Source: Escherichia phage BAU.Micro_ELP-22. Taken from it: a stretch of DNA of 64,000 bases. Positions 39,087-48,146 of this stretch are shown piece by piece. The notes beneath the pieces are model-generated. The model did not search any database, was not told the origin of the DNA, and was given only the letters and a program-made list of their open reading frames with translations. The position numbers and the translations under genes were made by a program. The stretch lies in sequence record OR699282.2, one strand, 5' to 3'. The stretch's first letter is position 1, and the number at the start of each line of letters is the position of its first letter.

Positions 39087-39266
39087 ATGCAACAATTCTA
39101 TAGAGAACACATAAGCATTAAAGACCGTTTCATGTACGACACCTTCGTGAAGTACTACAAACTAGGAACAAAAAGTACTAAAAATATTAATCTCAATAGC
39201 TGCATTTATGCTGTACTAACACAAGATAATCCCTACAGGGAAATCATTGCCCTGGCATCTATATAA
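39087..39266 (+). CDS. small protein, tandem family S
   Basis: 59 aa (below track cutoff); MQQFY.. Confidence 0.5.
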   Translation: MQQFYREHISIKDRFMYDTFVKYYKLGTKSTKNINLNSCIYAVLTQDNPYREIIALASI

Positions 39267-39276
39267 AGGAAACCAA

Positions 39277-39936
39277 ATGAAACTTAATCCACACAGCAAA
39301 CAATACCTTAAGCACTTTAAGTACCTCAACAGTATTCAAGCAGAATCTTTTACACCAACATATACTTACGACCCGTGTGTACTAAAGAAACGAAATAAAA
39401 AGAAAAAATCCAGAAATGTTCTCGTATCTAAGAACCTCAAATCGTACTTGAAGAAAAATAATATAGCTCTTGCTTTTATTAATATCTATAATACTGATTT
39501 AAAAGTATTGAGTACTAATACCAGCACAAAAGCACTAAAGAATGCATCTATCTATATACACATGGATAATATCCCGTGCACTATAATTCTATCTTTCGGG
39601 AATGTATACTTCTTCGGGAATTGTAATAGCACCCATGATATCAGTACTGCACAATTCCAAATCGGCGATATGTACTGCATGGGTTCAGAAAAAATACACG
39701 ATAACATGCACTTCTTCCAAAAGCAACGTACTAACGAAACTGATACAGTACTGCAATTCCTCAAAGAACTAGAACACAAAGAATTATCCGAGGAAGAAGA
39801 ATTCATGTACAGTACTGTAATCGATAATCCAGGACTCTATAAAAACGCGTACAAACTAACAAAACATGTACAGGAACTTATCAGTACTGATAAGAAATTT
39901 CATCACCTCATTACGTATATTTCAAACTATGTATAA
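39277..39936 (+). CDS. hypothetical protein (219 aa) inserted in small-gene array
   Basis: Internal ATG with SD AAAGGAAA; unrelated to array members. Confidence 0.55.
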   Translation: MKLNPHSKQYLKHFKYLNSIQAESFTPTYTYDPCVLKKRNKKKKSRNVLVSKNLKSYLKKNNIALAFINIYNTDLKVLSTNTSTKALKNASIYIHMDNIPCTIILSFGNVYFFGNCNSTHDISTAQFQIGDMYCMGSEKIHDNMHFFQKQRTNETDTVLQFLKELEHKELSEEEEFMYSTVIDNPGLYKNAYKLTKHVQELISTDKKFHHLITYISNYV

Positions 39937-40111
39937 AGAATACTACAAAGATAAAATCCCAATGCATCTACAACACCATATACCAAACGTTGCATTGGGT
40001 ATCAAAGATCACGCAAAGATAATGTTCCAACAATGTACTAAGTACACGCTCATATACGATGATAATCCATATATGCTGTACTACGTAGTAATGCTAACAT
40101 TCAGGTACTAA
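39929..40111 (+). CDS. small protein, tandem family S
   Basis: MYKEYYKDKIPMHLQ..LTFRY; start overlaps upstream stop. Confidence 0.55.
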   Translation: MYKEYYKDKIPMHLQHHIPNVALGIKDHAKIMFQQCTKYTLIYDDNPYMLYYVVMLTFRY

Positions 40112-40112
40112 T

Positions 40113-40292
40113 ATGAATACTTATAAAGAATTCTACCTCTCGTACCTTAATTCCGATATAGTAACATCCAATACATTCAGTACTAAAATTATCTATAATG
40201 AAGTAATGAAAGAATGTATTAAAGGTGCTATTAACCCTAAAGATACGTATGACTTGTACTATGCAGTACTAACCCTTGTTTTCACGAAATAA
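40113..40292 (+). CDS. small protein, tandem family S
   Basis: 59 aa (below cutoff); MNTYKEFY..C..LVFTK. Confidence 0.5.
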   Translation: MNTYKEFYLSYLNSDIVTSNTFSTKIIYNEVMKECIKGAINPKDTYDLYYAVLTLVFTK

Positions 40293-40300
40293 CACATAAT

Positions 40301-40492
40301 ATGAATAACCACAAAGAATACTACATAGAGAAACTCCCAATGTATCTACAACACCTTGTACCAACAGAACCATTGCGTATAGAAAAAGACTACGAAAAAG
40401 ACTATTTCATTAAGTGCACTAAATCCTCGATAGATATTGAGGACTATAATAGAGTACTGTATCACATCCTTTTACTAATATATAAGTACTAA
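40301..40492 (+). CDS. small protein, tandem family S
   Basis: 63 aa; MNNHKEYYIEKLPMYLQ..C..LLIYKY. Confidence 0.65.
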   Translation: MNNHKEYYIEKLPMYLQHLVPTEPLRIEKDYEKDYFIKCTKSSIDIEDYNRVLYHILLLIYKY

Positions 40493-40493
40493 T

Positions 40494-40682
40494 ATGAATA
40501 ACCACAAAGAATACTACATAGAGAAACTCCCAATGTATCTCCAGAGCCAGATACCAAACGTTGCATTGGGCATAAAAGATGACGCAAAAACAATGTTCCA
40601 AGAATGTACTAAGTACACCCTAATGTTCGAGGATAGAACATATAAACTGTACTACATCCTCGCCCTAATATTCAAGTACTAA
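40494..40682 (+). CDS. small protein, tandem family S
   Basis: 62 aa; N-terminus identical to previous member, tail ALIFKY. Confidence 0.65.
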   Translation: MNNHKEYYIEKLPMYLQSQIPNVALGIKDDAKTMFQECTKYTLMFEDRTYKLYYILALIFKY

Positions 40683-40692
40683 AGAGAATAAT

Positions 40693-40881
40693 ATGAATAA
40701 CCACAAAGAATACTACATACAATTTCTCCCCAGTATATTTGAACACTACGCCAGATATAAAGTCCCCCTGGATAACGATTTGGCAGTACTGGGATTCAAT
40801 AATTGCATAGAACGAAGTATAGAAAATAGTAGTAGTTATGACCAGCTATATAACACTATCCTACTTATATTCAGGTACTAA
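40693..40881 (+). CDS. small protein, tandem family S
   Basis: 62 aa; ..LLIFRY. Confidence 0.65.
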   Translation: MNNHKEYYIQFLPSIFEHYARYKVPLDNDLAVLGFNNCIERSIENSSSYDQLYNTILLIFRY

Positions 40882-40882
40882 T

Positions 40883-41071
40883 GTGTATAAAGAATACTAC
40901 ATAAAAGATTTACCACCGCACCTTCAAGGTAATCTGTTAGAAGATGAACCTCGCGGTATAGAAATAAACTACGAAAAAGACTACTTTATTACGTGCACTA
41001 AATGCGTGATAAATTATTACAACTACAATCAAGTACTGTATCATACCCTGTACTTAGCATTCGTATTCTAA
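40883..41071 (+). CDS. small protein, tandem family S (GTG start)
   Basis: Family frame begins VYKEYYIKDLPP at GTG; ATG lost relative to paralogs. Confidence 0.5.
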   Translation: MYKEYYIKDLPPHLQGNLLEDEPRGIEINYEKDYFITCTKCVINYYNYNQVLYHTLYLAFVF

Positions 41072-41080
41072 GAGAACAAT

Positions 41081-41269
41081 ATGCATAAAGAATACTACAC
41101 AAAATATTTCCCAATGTACCTCAGAACTAATCTATTAGATAAACCTCGCGGTATCAATGCTCAAAACGATAAAGTGTACTTTACTATGTGCACTAAAGCA
41201 TGTATACTAGATTTTGATAGCTATCATCGAGTACTGTATCATACCCTGTACCTAGCTTTCGTATTCTAA
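41081..41269 (+). CDS. small protein, tandem family S
   Basis: 62 aa; MHKEYY..C..YLAFVF. Confidence 0.65.
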   Translation: MHKEYYTKYFPMYLRTNLLDKPRGINAQNDKVYFTMCTKACILDFDSYHRVLYHTLYLAFVF

Positions 41270-41278
41270 AAGAACAAT

Positions 41279-41464
41279 ATGCATAAAGAATTCTACTTAA
41301 GCCATCTCGATCTAAACTCCCAAATGCTTATACCACTAATCCCAATAGATATCAAGGATAAGAAAAATACCGAACAATTCATTTACCATACACAGTGTGC
41401 GATCACCCCAAATTACATTCCATATGAATTGTACTACATTCTCGCCCTAATATATAGGTACTAA
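41279..41464 (+). CDS. small protein, tandem family S
   Basis: 61 aa; ..ALIYRY. Confidence 0.65.
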   Translation: MHKEFYLSHLDLNSQMLIPLIPIDIKDKKNTEQFIYHTQCAITPNYIPYELYYILALIYRY

Positions 41465-41465
41465 T

Positions 41466-41651
41466 ATGCATAGAGAATACTACACACAATTTGTTAAAGG
41501 GAACTACAAACATGCCGTACCCAGAACCCCTTTAAATTTTCATGACCCAAGTACTATATTCTTGTTCCATGACGCAATACGTACAGTACTCAATACTAAA
41601 GATGAAGATGTGCAGTACGTATTCTTACTATTACTTATATACAGACACTAA
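41466..41651 (+). CDS. small protein, tandem family S
   Basis: 61 aa; MHREYY..LLLIYRH. Confidence 0.6.
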   Translation: MHREYYTQFVKGNYKHAVPRTPLNFHDPSTIFLFHDAIRTVLNTKDEDVQYVFLLLLIYRH

Positions 41652-41656
41652 CTAAT

Positions 41657-41866
41657 ATGAATAAAGAACATAAAGAATTCTACTCCAAATACATAAGCCC
41701 CTCAGAACAAATGTTTCTAAGGACTACAGCACCTTTAAGTACTAATACATTTTTCGGCAGAGTATGCTACAATAATTGTATTCAAATGACTTTAAACGCA
41801 AACGAAGATGGTAACAGTACTAACCTGTACTCAGGTATCATAGGTATACTATTCCTGTATGAATAA
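41657..41866 (+). CDS. small protein, tandem family S
   Basis: 69 aa; close paralog of 37673..37882. Confidence 0.65.
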   Translation: MNKEHKEFYSKYISPSEQMFLRTTAPLSTNTFFGRVCYNNCIQMTLNANEDGNSTNLYSGIIGILFLYE

Positions 41867-42047
41867 TTACAAAGACTTCTATTTGAATACACTACCTACT
41901 GTACTTTCTCTAAGTGCTCAATGTAAAATCCCCCTGGATAATGCTTACGCCAGATATAGCTATTCCATAACTGTTAATCGATGTATAGAGAATCATTGCA
42001 GTACTAACCAGTACTATAACATAATCCTACTTATATTCAGGTACTAA
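41859..42047 (+). CDS. small protein, tandem family S
   Basis: 62 aa; ..LLIFRY. Confidence 0.6.
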   Translation: MNNYKDFYLNTLPTVLSLSAQCKIPLDNAYARYSYSITVNRCIENHCSTNQYYNIILLIFRY

Positions 42048-42048
42048 T

Positions 42049-42231
42049 ATGAATAAAGAACATAAAGAATTCTATATACGAAAACTAACATTCGTCCCCG
42101 TAAGAATATATAAAGAATGCGACCCAAGATTATACCTATGGCACTTCAATGAGTGCATAAAAGATTCTATATACCCTAAGAACTATAAAGAACAATTGTG
42201 CTCAGTACTAACACTAGTACTATCATATTAA
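42049..42231 (+). CDS. small protein, tandem family S
   Basis: 60 aa. Confidence 0.6.
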   Translation: MNKEHKEFYIRKLTFVPVRIYKECDPRLYLWHFNECIKDSIYPKNYKEQLCSVLTLVLSY

Positions 42232-42246
42232 TTAATAGAGAATACT

Positions 42247-42447
42247 ATGCATAAAGAGTATAAAAACTTCTATATAAGTAAACTAAAAGAAAATGAACAA
42301 GTATGGATTAGATCTATAATTCCACTGGCATTTAATAGATATGCATTTAACAGATGTACCGAGATTGCTATAGACCCTTATAATATTAAAGAGAATGTAC
42401 AGTATAATCAGTACTACTATATCTTAATGCTTATATATAGAAAGTAA
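42247..42447 (+). CDS. small protein, tandem family S
   Basis: 66 aa; ..LMLIYRK; last member. Confidence 0.6.
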   Translation: MHKEYKNFYISKLKENEQVWIRSIIPLAFNRYAFNRCTEIAIDPYNIKENVQYNQYYYILMLIYRK

Positions 42448-43439
42448 TTAAACACATAGAGACAGGGGAAGCTCCTAGTGAACAACCTTTATGTACAGGC
42501 GAATTGTTAAAATTCAGCCTGGACAAATGCGATCACTAGGATTCTCCCCAGGCTAAACCCCGTAATCATAGGTAGTCATAAGTAATCATATATAAACATT
42601 TATATGAGCACCGTAGAATCACAGAATGATTATATATGATTCAGTACTGATTAGTATAGACAAGATTGCTCAAGAATGCACGGAAATGTGTGTGAATGAT
42701 TCAGTACTGATATCCCACTAAAGTAGGCAGAGGAAGTCTGCCGTACTTTGTAGTTTCCAAGCTCCTTTTCCATTTTTCAAATTACATCAAATGTAATCAA
42801 AAGTAATCACGCAATGATTAGTACTGAATTATTACTTTCACCTTAATTTCAATTACCCCTTTACCCTTCGGGGTAAAATTCCATTACCCCTTGAGGCTCC
42901 AGCAAAAAGTTGGTTAGTACTCCATCCTAAATCTCGATCCTAAAAATTTTGGAGTACCTATGAAATAAAAGTTGGATCTTCGAAAGTTGAAATTTACGTT
43001 GGGACGTTTATGATTTGTGGGATATAATGATGTTTGTAGTCGGGTAGTTCTCAAGAATATCAGTACTGAATGGTGAAAGAAAGTTATTGACATTATGATT
43101 CAGTACTGTATAATGTTCTACATAGAGAGATGAGTTGCTGCGAACAATTCATTTACTCTACCTCCTGTCGTGAGACAGTACAGAAAAGATAGTTCCTCCT
43201 GTGGTGGTACATCTTTTTGAACCTCATATGAAAATCGTAATAACAGTACTGATATTAACAGAATGGTGTCAGTACTGATTTTAATCTAAATCATTATGCC
43301 ACCAGCACAAGCTGGTGGATTCCCTCTAACAGTATTCAGTACTACATGATAGTCTTCATCCTCCTAGGGTAACATAGTGAGGGCTATGATGGCAGTACTG
43401 AATACTCCCTTTCAAAAGATAGATCTATGGTATAGTACT

Positions 43440-43630
43440 GACGGATTTTGGGTGTAGTTACCCTGGATGGATTTTGGGCGTAGATATGTCTAGCCCTCCA
43501 GAAGTCTGGAAGTAAAGATGGCTATCCATCTAGACGGCTAAACGGCTAGATTTCTGGATGGCTGGATGGCTAGACGTTTGGACGGCTAAACGGCTAGATG
43601 GTTACACGTCTGGAAGTATAGACGGCTAAA
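43440..43630. repeat. iteron-like short direct repeats (GACGGCTAAACGGCTAGAT, CTGGATGG, GTCTGGAAGTA)
   Basis: Multiple 8-19 bp units repeated within ~190 bp. Confidence 0.55.
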
Positions 43631-44250
43631 TCAAAATTTTATTTTGTTTTTTCCAATAGTTCCCCTACCGCGTGGGGATAGTTTCCCCGCAGTATCTGGT
43701 GTTAGATTTTTCTGAATCTGGAATCATTATCTTATAAACTGGGGGCAATGTCAACGACCTGGACGGATATTTTTAAAAATTTTTTCAGTACTGAATTTTG
43801 GGCGTAACTATGCACCCGGTGGGCTGGAGTCTTTCTCGACTTGATGGAACTATTATACAGTACTGGAAAAATAAAGCAATACCCTGGAAGCAAAAAAGTT
43901 TTAATTAATTTGCTTGCTATCCTGGGCCGGACTATGGTACTATAATTCAGTACTGAGAAAGTGCGTTTGCCTGCTAGGGTGCGGGAGTGTATCCTTTTTT
44001 TATATCTTGAATTTTGGGCGTAATTCCGCACCCTCTGGGGTTTCCGCTTTCTCGTGTCTATGTAGTAATTATACGCTTTTTCAGGATCAAGTCAATACCT
44101 AAAAACAAAATAATTGAAAATAATTTAACGCGTTTAAACGGCCTGTAAAGCCCTGGAATGATTGGAATGGTGCAAATGTATAGCTTATGTGTATTAATGC
44201 GTTAGAATGCGTCTGAGGCCGTTTTTTGGGGTGTAGTAGTGATTTGGTTG

Positions 44251-44345
44251 ATTCAGTACTGAATAATAGTACTCCTATATAGAAAGATAGTTCCCCTGGA
44301 TTGATTCAGTACTGAATAATAGTACTCCTATATAGAAAGAAAACT
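44251..44345. repeat. ~40-bp direct repeat x2 (GATTCAGTACTGAATAATAGTACTCCTATATAGAAAGA)
   Basis: Two near-identical copies ~55 bp apart. Confidence 0.6.
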
Positions 44346-44371
44346 ATTTTAAAAGTATTTGTAGAAAGTAC

Positions 44372-44399
44372 TTGCACCGTACTGATAAAAGCGTATAAT
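44372..44399 (+). promoter_or_regulatory. class A early-type promoter (AGTACTTGCA..TATAAT) followed by 5' stem-loop
   Basis: First of ~25 similar promoters in 44-64 kb. Confidence 0.6.
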
Positions 44400-44454
44400 G
44401 TTTTACATCGAGAGCGGGAACACTTCCCGCTACACTTTAAAAGAGATGAAAACG

Positions 44455-44817
44455 ATGGCGACTCAAATCAATAAAATCATGCTTAACCTGGTAAACTTCC
44501 GCGATGAGATGAAAGGTCTTCCGGCTGAAACTGTAAAAATTCACATTGCAGCTTATCGGGAACTTATTGCAATGTTGCCGCTTAAGCGTGAACAATACGC
44601 CGCTACTTTGATGCTGGATTCAATGATCCATATAATGATCTCAAATGATTTGACGATGGTTTATCAGTATATGGGCGAAAATTTCGCGGTGTGTAGTAAG
44701 CCAGTACCAGGGATGGCAACAACTGAGGAATTGCACGGCTTAAACTTAAAACAAGATGCATGGGATAATATGCCTCGTTTCCTGGTATGGGCTGACAGTG
44801 GCAAAATTTACAAATAA
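44455..44817 (+). CDS. hypothetical protein
   Basis: Start after hairpin and SD AAGAG (120 aa); track ORF 44398 starts inside the -10. Confidence 0.6.
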   Translation: MATQINKIMLNLVNFRDEMKGLPAETVKIHIAAYRELIAMLPLKREQYAATLMLDSMIHIMISNDLTMVYQYMGENFAVCSKPVPGMATTEELHGLNLKQDAWDNMPRFLVWADSGKIYK

Positions 44818-44911
44818 GTTTAATAAAGTACTTGCATACTAAGTTAAAACAAGTATAATACTTTCTATCAGGTGGGGAATAGTTCCCCACTATAATTAAG
44901 AGATTAATTTT

Positions 44912-45145
44912 ATGAGTACTATTTTAACTGTTTCTCAATCCGTTGCACTGACTGACCTATTAAACGCTTTAAGCCGTTGCACTGAGGTTGGCTTGTTTGA
45001 TGTGGTTGACGTTGCACCGGACGTTATTAATCATTTTTGTGATGCGATGGAAGAATGTAAGGAAGATGATAGCCGTATGATGGCGGTCGCCTTTGAGGAA
45101 GTACAGCCAGGTGAGATCAAAGGTTTACCAGTACTGAAAAAATAG
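44912..45145 (+). CDS. hypothetical acidic protein
   Basis: ORF 77 aa; promoter + hairpin + SD upstream. Confidence 0.65.
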   Translation: MSTILTVSQSVALTDLLNALSRCTEVGLFDVVDVAPDVINHFCDAMEECKEDDSRMMAVAFEEVQPGEIKGLPVLKK

Positions 45146-45227
45146 TACTTGCAAACTAAGTTTAAAAGCGTATAATGTTTTACATCAGGTGGGGAATAGT
45201 TCCCCACTATATAAGAGGATTAAAAAA

Positions 45228-45467
45228 ATGGCAAAATCAAAAATGTTCTTAGGTCACAAAAACAAAACTCATTGGAATGTAAGCCTGTGGATTAATAACG
45301 ATGAGGGATTGTATCGGTTGGCCCTGGATTTTATTAACGACAACACTAATCGCAATGATGCGGCCCGTCATATGATGTTATTTTTAGAACAGACTGGACA
45401 AGATAAAACACCGGACGGATTCAAATATAGCACTACTGCGATCCGTGCGGCGATGGTTGGAATGTAA
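45228..45467 (+). CDS. hypothetical protein, paralog of 47341..47580
   Basis: 79 aa; shared GHKNKTHWNVSLWINN..TPDGFKYSTTAIRAAMVGM. Confidence 0.7.
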   Translation: MAKSKMFLGHKNKTHWNVSLWINNDEGLYRLALDFINDNTNRNDAARHMMLFLEQTGQDKTPDGFKYSTTAIRAAMVGM

Positions 45468-45486
45468 TAGAATAGAATTTATTTAA

Positions 45487-45520
45487 AGTACTATCGCAAA
45501 AAATGATAGTACTTTATAAT
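45487..45520 (+). promoter_or_regulatory. class B promoter flanked by inverted repeat AAGTACTAT..ATAGTACTT
   Basis: Palindromic arms upstream of TATAAT; same architecture at ~58664, ~51040, ~54225, ~54490, ~62010. Confidence 0.5.
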
Positions 45521-45557
45521 AGTGTTTTATTCATACACCAACGATAAGGGCAACAGC

Positions 45558-45824
45558 ATGAATATTAAGTATTTTGCGACGCGTGAACAAGCTCGGATCG
45601 CCGCACGCCAGGACGGGGCAACGTTTAAAGATATGGGCGTACAATCGGAACGTGGTAAACGTTGGGCCATTGTAAAGCGTAGTACCGCCAGATCATTACA
45701 GTACTGGTTAGCGGCCTTAAAAAGTCCCGATAGTGTATCGCGTCGAGTGGTAGAAATAAAGCTCGACCGAAAGGGCAACCGCGTGACCGTGTACCGTACT
45801 AAAAAGATTGCAGTACTTGAATAA
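45558..45824 (+). CDS. hypothetical protein, paralog of 58746..59141
   Basis: 88 aa; YFATREQARIAARQDG..KGNRVTVY shared. Confidence 0.65.
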   Translation: MNIKYFATREQARIAARQDGATFKDMGVQSERGKRWAIVKRSTARSLQYWLAALKSPDSVSRRVVEIKLDRKGNRVTVYRTKKIAVLE

Positions 45825-45911
45825 AAAGTACTTGCAAACTAAGTTTAAAAGCGTATAATGTTTTACATCGAGAGCGGGAACACTTCCCGCCTATAACCTG
45901 GAGTAATAAAA

Positions 45912-46142
45912 ATGACTAATATGTATATGACTGAAGTTAAAACCGTAAAAGATACTACCACAAATAAAGTTACTTACTTACAGCGGATCTGTGGTGTATG
46001 GCAACGTATCAGCAAATCAAAGTACTTTAAATTAACATCATATGCAAACCGTTCGGATTCATTCAGTACTGAAATAAAAGGTAATAAAGTACACCAATAT
46101 GGCACTTATTATTATTATAGCCTGGACGCGATTGCAGTATAA
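45912..46142 (+). CDS. hypothetical protein
   Basis: ORF 76 aa; promoter, hairpin, SD GGAG. Confidence 0.65.
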   Translation: MTNMYMTEVKTVKDTTTNKVTYLQRICGVWQRISKSKYFKLTSYANRSDSFSTEIKGNKVHQYGTYYYYSLDAIAV

Positions 46143-46424
46143 GCAGTTTACAAATCTTTACAATTGCCGGTATTGACTTATTTTGTCAGTACTGGCATAA
46201 TGTATTCATTGGCAGATAAGCCGTAGCCCATAGGGTGCGGGAGTGTATCTATAGAAAAATTAGTTTAGTATAGTTACAATTGTGCACCCGGTGGGTTAGC
46301 TGTTGTCATGTGGTATATTATGCCAGTACTTGATAATGCTGTCAATACTTTTTTTTACTATTCAGTACTGAAAACTATTTTTAAAAAGTACTTGCAAACT
46401 ATGTTTAAAGGCGTATAATGTTTT

Positions 46425-46505
46425 ACATCAGGACGGGGAACGAAATAAGTAACTTCCCGTTAAGTAGCCCAGGAGTAAGGCACACGAAAAACTCCCCTGA
46501 TAAAA
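46425..46505 (+). ncRNA. candidate structured leader / small RNA between tandem promoters
   Basis: CAGGACGGGGAACG..ACGAAAAACTCCCCTGA with paired ends; near-copy at 57554-57628. Confidence 0.3.
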
Positions 46506-46569
46506 TAGTTTGACAAATGTTTTTAAAAGCGTATAATACTTACATCAACTACTGAATGAGGGTTACAAA

Positions 46570-47258
46570 ATGAAAACTATCACTACTACTACTTTCGTTA
46601 TGGATTTTTCTGAATTGAACGCAGAACAAAAAACGTCAGCTATCGAACTGGTTCGGGAACGTGAAAAAAACTCAAACGACATTTTTCTGAATTGAACGCA
46701 GAACAAAAAACGTCAGCTATCGAACTGGTTCGGGAACGTGAAAAAAACTCAAACGACAATTATTTTTCTGAAAGTGAAATTGAATACTATAAAGAAACAG
46801 TACTACCGGAATATGGCATTAATGACGCTGAAATACAATTCAGTGGTTTTTGGTCCCAGGGTGACGGTGCATCAATCAGTACTGACCACGTTGACGCAGT
46901 GAAGTTTTTACGCAAGGTAAGAGCATTAACTAAGTATCGCTCAATCCGTCACTTGCTGAATGAAGATGATTTGGCGATGAGTGTAAAGCGTTCGCACTCC
47001 CACTACTCGCATGAGAATACTGTAAGCGGGTACATTGAATCGGCTTACACTGATTTAACCGCAAAACAAGAAACGTTAGTTAATGAGCTTGAGGAACTAC
47101 TCACTGAAACTATTCGTGAATTGTCCCGCAAGTTGTACCGTGATTTAGAGAATGCATATGAGGATCAATTCACTACTGAAAACATTACGGCACTGATTGA
47201 GGGTAACGAGTATCAATTCAATGTTATTGATGGCGTAGTGGAATCAATCGAATATTAA
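46570..47258 (+). pseudogene. gene disrupted by perfect 77-bp tandem duplication
   Basis: ATG 46570 frame stops at 46693-46695 inside copy 2; rest of ORF open in the frame restored by deleting one copy. Confidence 0.6.
46604..46757 (+). repeat. perfect 77-bp tandem duplication (2 copies)
   Basis: 46604-46680 identical to 46681-46757. Confidence 0.9.
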
Positions 47259-47340
47259 TTTAAAAAGTACTTGTTTAAAGGCGTATAATACTTTATATCG
47301 AGGCGGGGAGTGGTTCCCCGCTCAAACGAGGATTAAAAAA

Positions 47341-47580
47341 ATGGCTAGTACTAAAACTTACAACGGGCACAAAAACAAAACTCATTGGAATGTAAGCCTT
47401 TGGATTAATAACGGTGAGTCATTGTATCGGCTTGCTCAAAGTTGCATCGCACAAAGTAGAACTAAAGATATTGCAGCGGAATGTATGTACCGCAGATTAA
47501 AAGCCAACGGTACTACTACAACGCCGGACGGATTCAAATATAGCACTACTGCGATCCGTGCGGCGATGGTTGGAATGTAA
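47341..47580 (+). CDS. hypothetical protein, paralog of 45228..45467
   Basis: 79 aa; SD GAGGA. Confidence 0.7.
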   Translation: MASTKTYNGHKNKTHWNVSLWINNGESLYRLAQSCIAQSRTKDIAAECMYRRLKANGTTTTPDGFKYSTTAIRAAMVGM

Positions 47581-47637
47581 TATTCAGTACTGAGATAATG
47601 GCGGGTAATAGTTCCCGCCTTTACTGAGGGTTATCTA

Positions 47638-47925
47638 ATGAGTAAAGTAATAAAGTACAATGTGTTAAGCAAATCATTGTCTATCAGTGAATGCACCGAT
47701 GGTTTTTGGATGTACGATGAAACGCGTGGCATGAATTTAGCTATGCGTGCAAAAACTGCTGAGGCGGCGTATATTCAAGCACTGGAATACTACCAGGAAC
47801 GTTTAAAGGAAGTAGAAGAAGATTATAAAAGCCTCAAAGCGAAAGTAGATCATTTCGTCGGTCAATTCGTGGAAGACAACGACGAGGACGGGCACTACTG
47901 CGACCGTTGCGGATCTTACAGTTAA
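47638..47925 (+). CDS. hypothetical protein
   Basis: ORF 95 aa; C-terminal HYCDRCG. Confidence 0.6.
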   Translation: MSKVIKYNVLSKSLSISECTDGFWMYDETRGMNLAMRAKTAEAAYIQALEYYQERLKEVEEDYKSLKAKVDHFVGQFVEDNDEDGHYCDRCGSYS

Positions 47926-47942
47926 GTACTGAGGATTATCTA

Positions 47943-48146
47943 ATGAGTGATTTAATCGACCGCATCAAAGAGCTTGAAGAAAAAGAATTGCAGTTGATCG
48001 GGTTACGGAATAAAGTATTCCATGATTTAGGTGGCTTTATTAATGCCTGGGATAGTGGCGATCCTGATGCGTTACCTGCTAACCGCCAGGCGATGATCAA
48101 TGATGTGCGTGGTGTCTTTGAGTATGTTTTAAAGCAATTAAATTAA
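47943..48146 (+). CDS. hypothetical protein
   Basis: Internal ATG with SD GAGGA (67 aa). Confidence 0.55.
   Translation: MSDLIDRIKELEEKELQLIGLRNKVFHDLGGFINAWDSGDPDALPANRQAMINDVRGVFEYVLKQLN

Larger units (their letters stand above)
42448..44367. other. ~1.9-kb noncoding region rich in hairpins and TTCAGTACTGA palindromes
   Basis: No ORF with SD; repeated motifs read directly. Confidence 0.6.

Noticed and set aside
37244-42447. Possible CRISPR array suggested by ~190-bp periodic tandem repetition
   Set aside because: Each unit is a protein-coding paralog with its own start, stop and conserved reading frame; there are no short identical direct repeats separated by unique spacers.
43732-44102. 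ORFs 43732..44031 (-) and 43914..44102 (+) from the six-frame track
   Set aside because: They lie in repeat-rich noncoding DNA, have no SD, and overlap each other on opposite strands.
42448-44367. Possible tRNA or rRNA genes in the large noncoding region
   Set aside because: I found no T-arm (GGTTCGAATCC-like) or other tRNA or rRNA hallmark; the hairpins present are short and irregular. A tRNAscan run could still overturn this.
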